Below, piece by piece: positions 45,345 through 54,116 of a DNA stretch of 64,000 nucleotides. The stretch is from a virus. Lineage: Duplodnaviria > Heunggongvirae > Uroviricota > Caudoviricetes. The position numbers and the translations under genes were made by a program. Every line of letters begins with the position of its first letter. Within the stretch, counting starts at the first letter, position 1. The notes below the pieces were generated by a model. The model ran no database searches and had not been told where the DNA came from. It was given only the letters and a program-made list of their open reading frames with translations. The stretch lies in IMG/VR virus record IMGVR_UViG_3300029922_002860. The stretch is one strand, 5' to 3'.

Positions 45345-48113
45345 ATGATCCAAACCGAACCCAACCCCGATGACCCTGGGCGGAGCCATTCGAAACTCGA
45401 ACAAGCCGGGATGAAGTGGAGCGTTGTTGTCGTTAGGGACAAGGATTCGCTTCGGTGGCTCGATTTCGACATCTGCGCATCCGAACTGACCGAGCGGGTG
45501 TTTGGGCTGACCTGCACCACCCGCAGTGAACGCCTTTGGAGCCACGTCACCGCCCCTGACTTGCCCGCAATGACAGCCTTCGGGAACAAGGCCATCTTGG
45601 GCGGGGAAAAGGCTTACCGCCAAAAATTCAGGGTGGTCAACAATGGCCGCCTATTCTGGCTCCTTGAACATGTTGAGATCCGGCCAATTGATGAAAACTC
45701 ATGGAACGTGAGCGGAATAACGGTTGAGACTCCGTCGGAAAGCAGCGCTAGCGAGCCACACCTTACCCATGCAGACGACGTTCAACAGATTCTGAACGCG
45801 GCCGACTGCCTGCTTTGGCGAGCAAACGTATTTCGCAAGCCCGGTGGAATCGACGCTGTATGGGTCCTCCACATCCCGCCTTCCAATTTGTATCGAAGGA
45901 TTTTCGGATGCGACCCACCGCTGCATCCATATCAGCTGTGGGATGTCAACATGGTGCCGTCGCTCCCGGAAATGAGCGCAAAGAGCAATGCCGCTATTAT
46001 TGCCGGAGCTTCAAAATACGAGCAGGAGTATTTGGTGCTCGCTGGAGGCAAATCCCGTTGGATGCACGAGCACGTCCGTATCACGAAGGTGACAGAGGAC
46101 GAATGGTCTCTAACCGGGATTCTCATGGATGTCACGGCGACGCACGAGGCAACCGAGGCGTTGAAGAAGAGTGACGCTCAAATGCAGCACATCCTCGAAG
46201 CGGCCGACTGCCTGATATGGCATTCGGTCTTGGAGCCCGACGGATCTGGGGACTATGCATGGACCACGTTTGCCGCTGATTCGGCGCTCTACCGCAAGCT
46301 GTTCGGAGAACGGGATGGGAAGGCCGAGGATAGCAGGCTCGTGCTCGATTGGCGGAAATTAAAAGTCCCGGATCTTCCCGTGATGATAAGGCGGTACAAG
46401 GGCGCGTTGGCTAAACATCAGCCAGGATACGAGCAAGAGTTCGAGGTCGTCGGGGACCGGTTCACCTATTGGCTGCATGAGCAGGTCTCCATCACCCCTT
46501 TGGGCAACGACCGGTTCGAATTTGTCGGTGTGATAACCGACATTACGCACCGACGCCACACAGAGGAAGCACTAGCCTCGGAGCGCGAGAAGCTCGCCGT
46601 CACGCTTCGAGCGATGGCTGAAGGCGTCATAACCACTGACGTAAACGGCTACGTGCAGTTCATCAATCCAGCTGCGTCCATTCTCGTCGGATACGAAGAG
46701 GGAGAATGCGTCGGGGTGCGTATCACGGAAATCTGCGTCCTCGAACACAAGGACCACGCTCGCGGGACCCTGGCAATGCCGAACCTCCTCATAGACAGCA
46801 CCCTCGAACTTCCTGACCAAACGGTGCTCGTCGCTCGATCAGGCGTTAAGCGGACGGTCGAAGGATGCAACACGCCGATTCACGACCATGGCAGCAAAGT
46901 GATCGGCATGGTGCTTGTGTTCAGGGACATTACCGAGCGGGAGCGCATGGAGAAGGAGTTGGTACGGGCGTCCCGCCTCGAATCTGTGGGCATTCTTGCC
47001 GGTGGAATTGCCCATGATTTCAACAACATCCTGACGGCGGTAATTGCCAACCTCTCCCTTGCAAAGCTCGACATACAAGGCGACTCCGACCTGGCCACTT
47101 GCGTTCGGGAGGCAGAGTCGGCCACCTTGCGCGCTCGCGACCTTACCCAGCAGCTCCTCACGTTTGCAAACGGAGGAGAACCCGTCCGGTCCGCTGTGGA
47201 TTTCACTTCGGTTGTCCGTGAGGTCACCGAATTCGCCCTTCACGGAGCAAAGGCCAATTGCACCTTTGATTTGGAAGACGGCCTGTGGCCGGTCGATGCC
47301 GACAAAGGACAGCTCGGGCGGGTGATTCAGAATCTCGTAATTAACGCCGTGCAGGCCATGCCCGAAGGAGGAACCATTCGCATCGTCGCCAGGAATCACG
47401 CCGTTATAGGGATAGGCCGGCCGGCTGTAGATCCCGGAGACTATGTGCATATTTCGATCCAAGACAGCGGAACCGGAATTAAGCCGAAGGATTTGCCCCA
47501 CATCTTTGACCCGTATTTCACTACCAAGCAGACAGGAACCGGCCTTGGGCTAGCGGCAGTCTACTCGATCATAAAGAAGCACCGTGGCCTTATCGACGTT
47601 GATTCCGAACTCAAAAAAGGGACGACCTTCCATATCTGGATGCCCGCCCTGCGTGCAAGCAAAGCCCTCCCTGAAGCGGCGTCCCTGTCGGCGATTGTCC
47701 CAATGAAGGGGAAGATTCTCTTCATGGACGATGAGCCCAGTATTAGGAGCATGGCCACGATGCTCATGCGCCGAATCGGCCTAGAAGTTGTCGCCGTAAG
47801 CGATGGGCGGGAAGTCATTGATAAGTATAATGCAGCGCTCGAAGACGGTACACCGTTCTCGCTTGTCATCATGGACCTGACGGTCCCAGGGGGGATGGGC
47901 GGGCGAGAGGCTCTGAGTTACCTGCGAGAAATCGACGCCGCCGTGAAGGTTGTCGTCTCAAGCGGCTATTCAAGTGACCCAATCATGGCGAACCACAAGG
48001 AGCACGGGTTTTGCGGGATGATCGCCAAGCCTTACGATGTGGGCCAGTTCAACCGCGTGATCGTAGAAACACTGGGGCGGGGGTGCCTCGGAGCTACGCC
48101 TTCCGCGAACTAA
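45345..48113 (+). CDS. hybrid sensor histidine kinase with PAS domains and C-terminal receiver domain
   Basis: PAS repeats, H-box HDFNNILT, HATPase motifs (GTGLGL), and a REC domain (ILFMDDEPSIR...DLTVPG). Confidence 0.85.
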   Translation: MIQTEPNPDDPGRSHSKLEQAGMKWSVVVVRDKDSLRWLDFDICASELTERVFGLTCTTRSERLWSHVTAPDLPAMTAFGNKAILGGEKAYRQKFRVVNNGRLFWLLEHVEIRPIDENSWNVSGITVETPSESSASEPHLTHADDVQQILNAADCLLWRANVFRKPGGIDAVWVLHIPPSNLYRRIFGCDPPLHPYQLWDVNMVPSLPEMSAKSNAAIIAGASKYEQEYLVLAGGKSRWMHEHVRITKVTEDEWSLTGILMDVTATHEATEALKKSDAQMQHILEAADCLIWHSVLEPDGSGDYAWTTFAADSALYRKLFGERDGKAEDSRLVLDWRKLKVPDLPVMIRRYKGALAKHQPGYEQEFEVVGDRFTYWLHEQVSITPLGNDRFEFVGVITDITHRRHTEEALASEREKLAVTLRAMAEGVITTDVNGYVQFINPAASILVGYEEGECVGVRITEICVLEHKDHARGTLAMPNLLIDSTLELPDQTVLVARSGVKRTVEGCNTPIHDHGSKVIGMVLVFRDITERERMEKELVRASRLESVGILAGGIAHDFNNILTAVIANLSLAKLDIQGDSDLATCVREAESATLRARDLTQQLLTFANGGEPVRSAVDFTSVVREVTEFALHGAKANCTFDLEDGLWPVDADKGQLGRVIQNLVINAVQAMPEGGTIRIVARNHAVIGIGRPAVDPGDYVHISIQDSGTGIKPKDLPHIFDPYFTTKQTGTGLGLAAVYSIIKKHRGLIDVDSELKKGTTFHIWMPALRASKALPEAASLSAIVPMKGKILFMDDEPSIRSMATMLMRRIGLEVVAVSDGREVIDKYNAALEDGTPFSLVIMDLTVPGGMGGREALSYLREIDAAVKVVVSSGYSSDPIMANHKEHGFCGMIAKPYDVGQFNRVIVETLGRGCLGATPSAN

Positions 48114-48170
48114 CGGGCCTCCCGGTCAGGGCGGCCGGTGCCGGCCGGCTCGCCCCTTCATGGTGCAGGC

Positions 48171-48887
48171 TTAAGTCTGGATCTCTACCATCGCGTCGAT
48201 GAGCGCAATGTCGCCCCGCAGCTTCTCTTCAGCCGCCACCCTCAGCTGGTGAACGCGGACAACGCTGAGTCCCATCTCGGCAGCAATCTCCTGGAGCGTT
48301 AGCCCACCGAAGTAGTACCGCTGGAGGACACTGGACTGACCGGGCGTCAACCGCTGGATTGCTGCCCGGATAAGGGCGGCGCTTTCGCTCTCCTCTGCAC
48401 TCTCGGCCGGGGAGACAGCATCGGCGTCAACGATGGAGCGAAGGCTACCGCCGCTGACCTCAATGGCGTCGGTGCTTAGCCGCTCAGCCGAAGCGGCAAG
48501 GTTCTCGATCTTGCGGACCTCGTCCTCGGGCACTCCCATTTCGTCTGCGATCTCCGCATCGGTGGGAGCGCGGTTGAGGGTGGACTCCAGGTAGGCGAGC
48601 GCCTTCTGGAGCCCCTTAACCCGAGCCCGGCCGTAGCGAGACAAGGGGTCCAGCCTGCGCATCTCGTCAAGAACAGCTCCCCTTACTCGGCAAACGACGT
48701 AGCCGCGATCCTGCGAGAGATCGTTGTTGAAGTCCCCCAGGACCTCCATCACGGCGAGTTTGCCGGCACTGGCCAAGTCCTGCGCCGATACGTGCGCAGG
48801 CAGGTGCCGGCTCATCTGCGCCACGACGGCGTCAACGATGGGCATGACATCCAGCAGGGAGATGTTTTCTGTGAGTGTGAGGGTCAC
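48171..48887 (-). CDS. FliA/WhiG-like sigma-70 family sigma factor (sigma-28 type)
   Basis: Regions 2, 3 and 4 (LTLQEIAAEMGLSVVRVHQL). CCCCCTATACCC then GTG. Confidence 0.75.
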   Translation of the reverse strand: MTLTLTENISLLDVMPIVDAVVAQMSRHLPAHVSAQDLASAGKLAVMEVLGDFNNDLSQDRGYVVCRVRGAVLDEMRRLDPLSRYGRARVKGLQKALAYLESTLNRAPTDAEIADEMGVPEDEVRKIENLAASAERLSTDAIEVSGGSLRSIVDADAVSPAESAEESESAALIRAAIQRLTPGQSSVLQRYYFGGLTLQEIAAEMGLSVVRVHQLRVAAEEKLRGDIALIDAMVEIQT

Positions 48888-48906
48888 GGGTATAGGGGGT
48901 AAGAAA

Positions 48907-48929
48907 GCAGCCGGTTTTTAAGCGGCTGC
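48907..48929 (-). terminator. hairpin terminator overlapping the HNH stop codon
   Basis: GCAGCCG-loop-CGGCTGC followed by TTTCTT on the minus strand. Confidence 0.5.
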
Positions 48930-49568
48930 GTCCTTACGAGATGGCTGAGGGCAGGTGAGAAACAGCAGCCAGTCCGGGTGCTTGGGCGTCCGGATGAGGC
49001 TGCAACGGGGAAGCCCGAGGGGTGCCCGGGGCCTGCGGATCAACTTGAGGCCGCACTCGCTGTTAAGGCGGTTGCCCTTCCACGAGTTGATGGACCTGGT
49101 GCAGGTTACGAGGTTTTCCCAGGTATCGCCGCCGCCACGGTCCTTCGGGATGACGTGGTCGATGTTCGCCTCCTCCGGCCGCAGGCGTTTGCCCGTGTAC
49201 TGGCACCGCCACCCGTCACGCTCGTAGACCCCCTGGGGGGAGAGGCGAGGGCGTGCGTGAGGCATGTCAGCGTAGGCAGGAGCCATGATAACCGTGGGCG
49301 CCCGCAGCCATCCACGTGCGGTCTCGATCACCACGTCGAAGGGGCGCACGGGAAGAGAGACCCACTCCGCCCATGTGACTGTGCGACGCTCCAAAGGCTC
49401 ATCGTAGTTCGGGCGGCCGTCTGGACCGAGAGCGTACTCGATGTCGAAGGCCAAGGCGGGGTTCTCGCCCGTCATGGCAGTGATCGCGTCACGAACGGTC
49501 CTTGCGTCAATCGGGAGGTGAACCCGGTTGACATCGAGAACAATGGTCTGGTCGAGGACTGCGCTCAT
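48918..49568 (-). CDS. HNH endonuclease
   Basis: CQYTG...DHVIPKDRGG...WENL...C motif set. Confidence 0.8.
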   Translation of the reverse strand: MSAVLDQTIVLDVNRVHLPIDARTVRDAITAMTGENPALAFDIEYALGPDGRPNYDEPLERRTVTWAEWVSLPVRPFDVVIETARGWLRAPTVIMAPAYADMPHARPRLSPQGVYERDGWRCQYTGKRLRPEEANIDHVIPKDRGGGDTWENLVTCTRSINSWKGNRLNSECGLKLIRRPRAPLGLPRCSLIRTPKHPDWLLFLTCPQPSRKDAAA

Positions 49569-49618
49569 GGTGAAAGTCGATCACGCGCGAAGGGCCTGTG
49601 GCTCTTTTCTTCAGAAAT

Positions 49619-49692
49619 TGGCTGCTCGGCTAGGACTCGAACCTAGACACGCAGATTCAGAGTCTGCTGTGCTACCATTACACTACCGGGCA
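49619..49692 (-). tRNA. tRNA-Gln(CTG)
   Basis: Cloverleaf inferred by eye. CCA is encoded. Anticodon loop CTCTGAA. Confidence 0.6.
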
Positions 49693-49693
49693 G

Positions 49694-49777
49694 TGGTGCG
49701 GGGACCGCGATTCGAACGCGGATGCTTTTCAGCGCCAGGTTCTAAAACTGGTGCGTCTACCATTTCGCCACCCCCGC
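49694..49777 (-). tRNA. tRNA-Leu(TAG), type II
   Basis: Acceptor GCGGGGG. Leu-like D arm. Anticodon loop TTTAGAA. Long variable arm. Confidence 0.55.
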
Positions 49778-49810
49778 AAAGTCATGCGCCCGTGTCGGGC
49801 AGGATTAGCG

Positions 49811-50065
49811 CTATAAAAGCGCCTTGAATCGGTTCAGTTCAGCGATGGTGCCGTCAATGTCGCCGCGAAGAACGTCGCGCGTCTTCTCGATGATGTGAGT
49901 CGCGCCCTGTTTCTCAAGGTCCCCGAGGTAAGCTTGCCAATTGGCGTCGAGTACCTTGACCGCCGCCTGCGCGGCGTAGCCCGTTAGCTCCTCGGGGAAC
50001 CCGTCAGGGCGACCCTGCGTTGCTGCGAGACTGTTCACCTTGTCCGCGTAGGCTTTTATTTGCAT
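49811..50065 (-). CDS. small hypothetical helical protein (84 aa) embedded in the tRNA array
   Basis: CGCCATCTTGGCGC then ATG. Confidence 0.5.
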   Translation of the reverse strand: MQIKAYADKVNSLAATQGRPDGFPEELTGYAAQAAVKVLDANWQAYLGDLEKQGATHIIEKTRDVLRGDIDGTIAELNRFKALL

Positions 50066-50093
50066 GCGCCAAGATGGCGGATCTTTCCGTGAA

Positions 50094-50169
50094 TGGAGCC
50101 GGCGATGGGACTCGAACCCGCAACCGCGTGTTTACAAAACACGTGCTCTGCCATTGAGCTACGCCGGCG
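50094..50169 (-). tRNA. tRNA-Thr(TGT)
   Basis: Acceptor GCCGGCG. Anticodon loop TTTGTAA. Two CGCCATCTT copies immediately 5' of the mature end. Confidence 0.65.
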
Positions 50170-50182
50170 AAGATGGCGAAGA

Positions 50183-50277
50183 TGGCGGAGATGGATAGAT
50201 TCGAACTATCGGCGTCAGGGGATACCTGGCGCGGAACTTTAGCAAAGTTCTGGTTTAGACCTCTCACCCACATCTCC
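50183..50277 (-). tRNA. tRNA-Ser(GCT), type II
   Basis: Acceptor GGAGATG. Anticodon loop TTGCTAA. Long variable arm. Confidence 0.6.
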
Positions 50278-50281
50278 AAAA

Positions 50282-50366
50282 TGCCGACGGCCCGACTCGA
50301 ACGGGCACGACCTCGATGGTCACGAGCTTCTGAGACTCGCGTGTCTACCAATTCCACCACGCCGGC
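50282..50366 (-). tRNA. tRNA-Leu(CAG), type II
   Basis: Leu-like D arm. Anticodon loop CTCAGAA. No CCA encoded. Confidence 0.55.
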
Positions 50367-50375
50367 GAAAGAAAA

Positions 50376-50463
50376 TGGCGGTGAGGGCGAGATTCGGACT
50401 CGCGGTACCTCTCGGTACTTCTGTTTTCGAGACAGGTGCCTTAAACCACTCAGCCACCTCACC
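50376..50463 (-). tRNA. tRNA-Ser(CGA), type II
   Basis: Acceptor GGTGAGG. Anticodon loop CTCGAAA. Confidence 0.55.
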
Positions 50464-50472
50464 GTGGAAAGT

Positions 50473-50549
50473 TGGAGCTACGGGCCGGATTTGAACCGGC
50501 ATCATTCGATTTAGAAAATCGAGGCCCTATCCAATTGGACGACCGCAGC
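50473..50549 (-). tRNA. tRNA-Arg(TCT)
   Basis: Anticodon loop TTTCTAA. T arm GCCGGTTCAAATCCGGC. Confidence 0.6.
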
Positions 50550-50565
50550 GGAATCGCTCAGTAAA

Positions 50566-50642
50566 TGGCGCTCCGGCCCTGATTCGAACAGGGAGCCTTC
50601 TCGTTAGGACCGAGCTGCGCTATCCAATTGCGCCACCGGAGC
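50566..50642 (-). tRNA. tRNA-Arg(CCT)
   Basis: Acceptor GCTCCGG. Anticodon loop GTCCTAA. Confidence 0.55.
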
Positions 50643-50829
50643 ACGAAGCCTGAAATGGTGCTTGGCGGGATGGAGGTGATCCTACTCCGGTTGCCCGGGC
50701 CAGCTTATCTCCTCGCCGGCACAAACCCTCCGCAACCGGCTGAGAAAGTGGTGGCCGCTGCCGGATTTTAACCCGCGATTACCCGATTATGGGTCAGGTG
50801 CTTTGAACACTAAGCTAAACGGCCGTAAA

Positions 50830-50906
50830 TGGGGAGACCAACGAGGATCGAACTCGCAACCCCGAGATCCACAATCTCGTGCTCTGCCGATTGAGCTATG
50901 GCCTCC
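50830..50906 (-). tRNA. tRNA-His(GTG) with extra 5' G(-1)
   Basis: G-1 pairs with C73. Anticodon loop TTGTGGA. Confidence 0.65.
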
Positions 50907-50912
50907 ATGAAG

Positions 50913-50987
50913 TGGCGCCCGATAGCGGGGTCGAACCGCTGCCTGAACCTTGAGAGGGTCCCGTCCTGACCGCTAGACGAACCGGGC
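50913..50987 (-). tRNA. tRNA-Glu(CTC)
   Basis: Glu-type D arm. Anticodon loop CTCTCAA. Confidence 0.6.
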
Positions 50988-51012
50988 GAAAGAGTTGCCG
51001 TGAATGAAAATG

Positions 51013-51086
51013 TGCCCAAGGCGCGATTTGAACGCGCGACCCCAAGTTTCGGAAACTTGTGCTCTATCCAACTGAGCTACCTGGGC
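51013..51086 (-). tRNA. tRNA-Arg(CCG)
   Basis: Anticodon loop TTCCGAA. No CCA encoded. Confidence 0.6.
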
Positions 51087-51093
51087 AAAAGAA

Positions 51094-51175
51094 TGCGCCT
51101 GAGCAGGGTCGAACTGCTATGCCTTGCGGCACGTGTCCCTCAAACACGCGTGTATCCCAATTCCACCACAGGCGC
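51094..51175 (-). tRNA. tRNA-Leu(GAG), type II
   Basis: Anticodon loop TTGAGGG. Confidence 0.55.
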
Positions 51176-51185
51176 GTAAAGTGAT

Positions 51186-51273
51186 TGGCGGTGGGTGCAT
51201 GATTCGAACACGCGGCGCGGTGAAGCGCTCCCAATTTCAAGCTGGGTGCATTAGGCCACTCTGCCAACCCACC
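51186..51273 (-). tRNA. tRNA-Ser(TGA), type II
   Basis: Anticodon loop CTTGAAA. Confidence 0.55.
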
Positions 51274-51279
51274 AAAATA

Positions 51280-51366
51280 CGGAAGCGGAAAGATTCGAAC
51301 TTTCGGCGCCATTGTGGACGCGTCTCGTTTCCAACGAGGTGCCTTAAACCGCTCAGCCACGCTTCC
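51280..51366 (-). tRNA. tRNA-Ser(GGA), type II
   Basis: Anticodon loop TTGGAAA. Confidence 0.5.
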
Positions 51367-51373
51367 GAGTAAA

Positions 51374-51449
51374 TGGAGCCACGGGTCGGATTCGAACCGA
51401 CGACCTACGCTTTACGAAAGCGTCGCTCTGCCAACTGAGCTACCGAGGC
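51374..51449 (-). tRNA. tRNA-Thr(CGT)
   Basis: Anticodon loop TTCGTAA. Confidence 0.6.
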
Positions 51450-51466
51450 ATCAAATGATGAAATCG

Positions 51467-51552
51467 TGGGCTAGGCCGGATTCGAACCGGCATGAGTTGT
51501 TAACCTCGGCAGGGTTTGAGCCTGCTGCGTCTCCCAATTCCGCCACACGCCC
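51467..51552 (-). tRNA. tRNA-Leu(CAA), type II (two acceptor-stem mismatches)
   Basis: Anticodon stem-loop GCAGG-CTCAAAC-CCTGC. Confidence 0.45.
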
Positions 51553-51562
51553 ATGGAAAGAA

Positions 51563-51635
51563 AGCTCGTGACCAGGATCGAACTGGTGACCTCGTCCTTA
51601 CCAAGGACGTGCTCTACCGACTGAGCTACGCGAGC
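51563..51635 (-). tRNA. tRNA-Thr(GGT)
   Basis: Anticodon loop TTGGTAA. CCCCATCTT abuts the mature 5' end. Confidence 0.6.
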
Positions 51636-51648
51636 AAGATGGGGAGAT

Positions 51649-51723
51649 TGGTGGCGCGCCGGGGACTCGAACCCCGAACCTACTGATTAAGAGTCAGCTG
51701 CTCTACCATTGAGCTAGCACGCC
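51649..51723 (-). tRNA. tRNA-Lys(CTT)
   Basis: Anticodon loop CTCTTAA. Confidence 0.6.
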
Positions 51724-51739
51724 ATAGGAAAGAATTCGT

Positions 51740-51813
51740 TGGCTGCCTAGCGTGGTTTCGAACCACGACCAAGAGGGTCAAAGCCTCCCGTGCTACCATT
51801 ACACCACCAGGCA
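51740..51813 (-). tRNA. tRNA-Gln(TTG)
   Basis: Anticodon loop CTTTGAC. Confidence 0.6.
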
Positions 51814-51821
51814 ACGAAAAA

Positions 51822-51894
51822 TCGGGGTGGCAGGATTCGAACCTGCGGCCTCTTCGTCCCGAACGAAGCGCTCTGCCAGACTAAGCTACACCCC
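51822..51894 (-). tRNA. tRNA-Pro(CGG)
   Basis: Anticodon loop TTCGGGA. Confidence 0.6.
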
Positions 51895-51895
51895 G

Positions 51896-51975
51896 GAAAT
51901 TGGCGGTCTCGCTCGGTTTGGAACCGAGGACCTGTCGCCTGAAACGCAACGGATCTACCGATGAGAAAAGGGGCG
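51896..51975 (-). pseudogene. tRNA 3'-half fragment (T arm, acceptor and CCA, with no matching 5' half)
   Basis: CTCGG-TTCCAAA-CCGAG T-arm-like hairpin followed by CGAGACC-G-CCA. No complementary 5' acceptor strand is present. Confidence 0.3.
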
Positions 51976-51978
51976 AAA

Positions 51979-52188
51979 TTAGTTCTGCGTGTCTTGCCCT
52001 GCCAGCTTCCAGATGTCGTTGCGGACATCATTGATTATCTCCTCGGCTGCCTCGACGGAGGCCATCTCTTCGGCGGTGAGCGCACGGCCTTTCGCCATGA
52101 CCAGCCCATTGAGCACCGTATGGACATCGCCCAGGCGTTTGTCGATGGACTTGGTGAGGACGGAGCGGAGGGGGGAGCTGGATTCCAT
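51979..52188 (-). CDS. small hypothetical helical protein (69 aa) within the tRNA array
   Basis: GACCACCATCTTGGGAT then ATG. Confidence 0.45.
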   Translation of the reverse strand: MESSSPLRSVLTKSIDKRLGDVHTVLNGLVMAKGRALTAEEMASVEAAEEIINDVRNDIWKLAGQDTQN

Positions 52189-52332
52189 ATCCCAAGATGG
52201 TGGTCTCTCGCAGTAAGAGAAATGGAAAGCGGCGAGGGCTGATTTCTTGCAAACCACCTCAATGAGCCGAGGTGCTTGATCTGTGAGACCTAAGTCCCAG
52301 AACGGCTAATTCACTAGAGACTGCCCGTGCGC

Positions 52333-52629
52333 TCAATGCTGCGGGGTGTGCGGCGTCCAACCCTTGCTCTCACACACGCACTCGATGAACTGGAGGCACT
52401 TAACCGTATCAAACCAGTCCTTCTCGCAGAGGTGAAGAACCCACTGGGCGAGAGCATGGTAATCGGGGATGCGGGACAGCGAAACGTCGTACGCGTTCGA
52501 CGGATTACCTCCCTTATGGATGACCACGCAGCCACGCTCGATCCGTACGAACTGCGGAAATGTAGGCGGATTGCCCGTGTTTATGCGGCGAAACCCCAGT
52601 TGCCCTAGGGGCGATGGTTGTTTTTTCAT
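52333..52629 (-). CDS. Cys-rich hypothetical protein (98 aa) within the tRNA array
   Basis: CCACCATCTTGGTTTGC then ATG. The motif overlaps the CCA end of the upstream tRNA. Confidence 0.45.
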   Translation of the reverse strand: MKKQPSPLGQLGFRRINTGNPPTFPQFVRIERGCVVIHKGGNPSNAYDVSLSRIPDYHALAQWVLHLCEKDWFDTVKCLQFIECVCESKGWTPHTPQH

Positions 52630-52640
52630 GCAAACCAAGA

Positions 52641-52715
52641 TGGTGGCAGGACCAGGATTCGAACCTGGGATAAGACGATGTCATCGTCCCGTCATAACCG
52701 CTTAACGATCCCGCC
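52641..52715 (-). tRNA. tRNA-Val(GAC)
   Basis: Anticodon loop ATGACAT. Confidence 0.55.
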
Positions 52716-52721
52716 GAAATT

Positions 52722-52794
52722 TGGACCTGACCGGACTCGAACCGGTCGCCCCCTGCTTGCAAAGCAGGCGCTCTTCCAGATGAGCTACAGGCCC
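52722..52794 (-). tRNA. tRNA-Ala(TGC)
   Basis: G3:U70 pair. Anticodon loop TTTGCAA. Confidence 0.65.
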
Positions 52795-52800
52795 GAAAAA

Positions 52801-52877
52801 TGGCGGGATGGACCGAGTTCGAATCGGCAACCTTTCGCGTGACAGGCGAATGCTCTAACCAGTTGAGCTACCACCCC
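52801..52877 (-). tRNA. tRNA-Asp(GTC)
   Basis: Anticodon loop CTGTCAC. Confidence 0.6.
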
Positions 52878-52883
52878 AAAAAT

Positions 52884-52960
52884 TGGAGACCCGCCGCGGA
52901 GTTGAACCGCGCGCTTCCTCGTTTGCTGCGAGGTCCGTTCACCAGGCTCGGTCGCGGGCC
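52884..52960 (-). tRNA. tRNA-Cys(GCA), atypical (A33, unusual D arm and T loop)
   Basis: Anticodon stem-loop CCTCG-CAGCAAA-CGAGG. Confidence 0.4.
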
Positions 52961-52969
52961 ACTGAAAAA

Positions 52970-53041
52970 TCGGGGCGGGCAGGATCGAACTGCCGATCTC
53001 GCGGCCCCCAGCCGTGCGCGTTGCCACTTCGCTACGCCCCG
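52970..53041 (-). tRNA. tRNA-Pro(GGG)
   Basis: Anticodon loop CTGGGGG. Confidence 0.5.
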
Positions 53042-53047
53042 TAAAGA

Positions 53048-53122
53048 TGGCTGCTCGGGCTGGGGTCGAACCAGCGACCAAGTGCTTAACAGGCACCTGC
53101 TCTGCCACTGAGCTACCGAGCA
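53048..53122 (-). tRNA. tRNA-Asn(GTT)
   Basis: Anticodon loop CTGTTAA. Confidence 0.6.
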
Positions 53123-53129
53123 ATGAGAG

Positions 53130-53205
53130 TGGTGCGCGAGGAGGGACTCGAACCCCCAACCCTCTCGGTGTAAACGAGATGCTCTCACCATTAAGCTACC
53201 CGCGC
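53130..53205 (-). tRNA. tRNA-Val(TAC)
   Basis: Anticodon loop TTTACAC. Confidence 0.6.
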
Positions 53206-53269
53206 ATTTTGAAACTGGAATCGGATTGGGAACACGGAAACGGAGGTTGCCGTTGACCATCGCGTATAT

Positions 53270-53860
53270 TTGATCCCCGACGTGCCGAGAGCGTGTCAAA
53301 ACCCTGAGGGATACTTGGAGGCTCGTGGGGTTGCGGTGATCGAAGTGCCGCCGTACCAAGGCATTCTTGGTGCAGGCACAGCGGGCTACGTAAAGGAGGA
53401 AAAGACTGTCTATATCTCGTCCGCCGCAAAGGGGAAACGCCGCCAGTGGGCTCTATGGCATGAGGCCGCCCATGTTGCGGACTATAAGCACGCCAGTTTC
53501 AGTTTCGAGTACGGCGCTGTTTCCCTGCGCCTTAAGACCGCGCTGCTTGCGCACAAGGAATTCCTTGTGCGGTTGCATACCCGCGGACCGCGCCTCTCGG
53601 AAGCCTTCATCGCCACCCTCCCATCCGCAGCGCAATTATTGATACAGTTGGAAAGGGAGCGAGAGATGATCCTTCAGCGGACGATTCGCATGCAACCCTG
53701 CGAGTTGTTCGCGGACGCTACCGCCTGCCTGTTCTGCTGCCACCGACTATTCTTCAAGCGGGCTGGCGGGCTGTTCCACCCCTTGTCCAAGGAGCTTCGC
53801 CGCTACCGATTTCCCCTTGAAGACCTCATCGACATGCGCCTCGACGATGTGCGCGCCTGA
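53270..53860 (+). CDS. ImmA/IrrE-family zinc metallopeptidase (HEAAH motif), encoded on the plus strand inside the tRNA array
   Basis: WHEAAHVADYKH matches HExxH. The N-terminal region is typical of the COG2856 family. Confidence 0.6.
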   Translation: MIPDVPRACQNPEGYLEARGVAVIEVPPYQGILGAGTAGYVKEEKTVYISSAAKGKRRQWALWHEAAHVADYKHASFSFEYGAVSLRLKTALLAHKEFLVRLHTRGPRLSEAFIATLPSAAQLLIQLEREREMILQRTIRMQPCELFADATACLFCCHRLFFKRAGGLFHPLSKELRRYRFPLEDLIDMRLDDVRA

Positions 53861-53867
53861 AATCGTG

Positions 53868-53940
53868 GACCTGGACGGACTTAAACCGTCAACCTCTTCG
53901 ATGCCATCGAAGCGCTCTATCAGCTGAGCTACAGGCCCAA
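53868..53940 (-). tRNA. tRNA-Ala(GGC)
   Basis: G3:U70 pair. Anticodon loop ATGGCAT. Confidence 0.6.
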
Positions 53941-53946
53941 GAAAAT

Positions 53947-54033
53947 TGGTCGGCAGCGCGGGGGTCGAACCCGCACGAGCTTGCGCTCACCGGAGTTTAA
54001 GCCCGGCGCGTCTACCAGTTCCGCCACCCGCCG
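53947..54033 (-). tRNA. tRNA-Leu(TAA), type II
   Basis: Anticodon loop CTTAAAC. Confidence 0.55.
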
Positions 54034-54036
54034 AAA

Positions 54037-54111
54037 ATCGGGGCGACAGGGTTCGAACCTGCGACCTCCTGGTCCCAAACCAGGCGCTCTACCAGACTAA
54101 GCTACACCCCG
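54037..54111 (-). tRNA. tRNA-Pro(TGG)
   Basis: Anticodon loop TTTGGGA. Confidence 0.6.
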
Positions 54112-54116
54112 GAAAA

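Noticed and set aside
50760-50800. GGATCACCTCC (16S rRNA 3'-end-like) within the array spacer
   Set aside because: Too short to call an rRNA fragment; no other rRNA similarity nearby.
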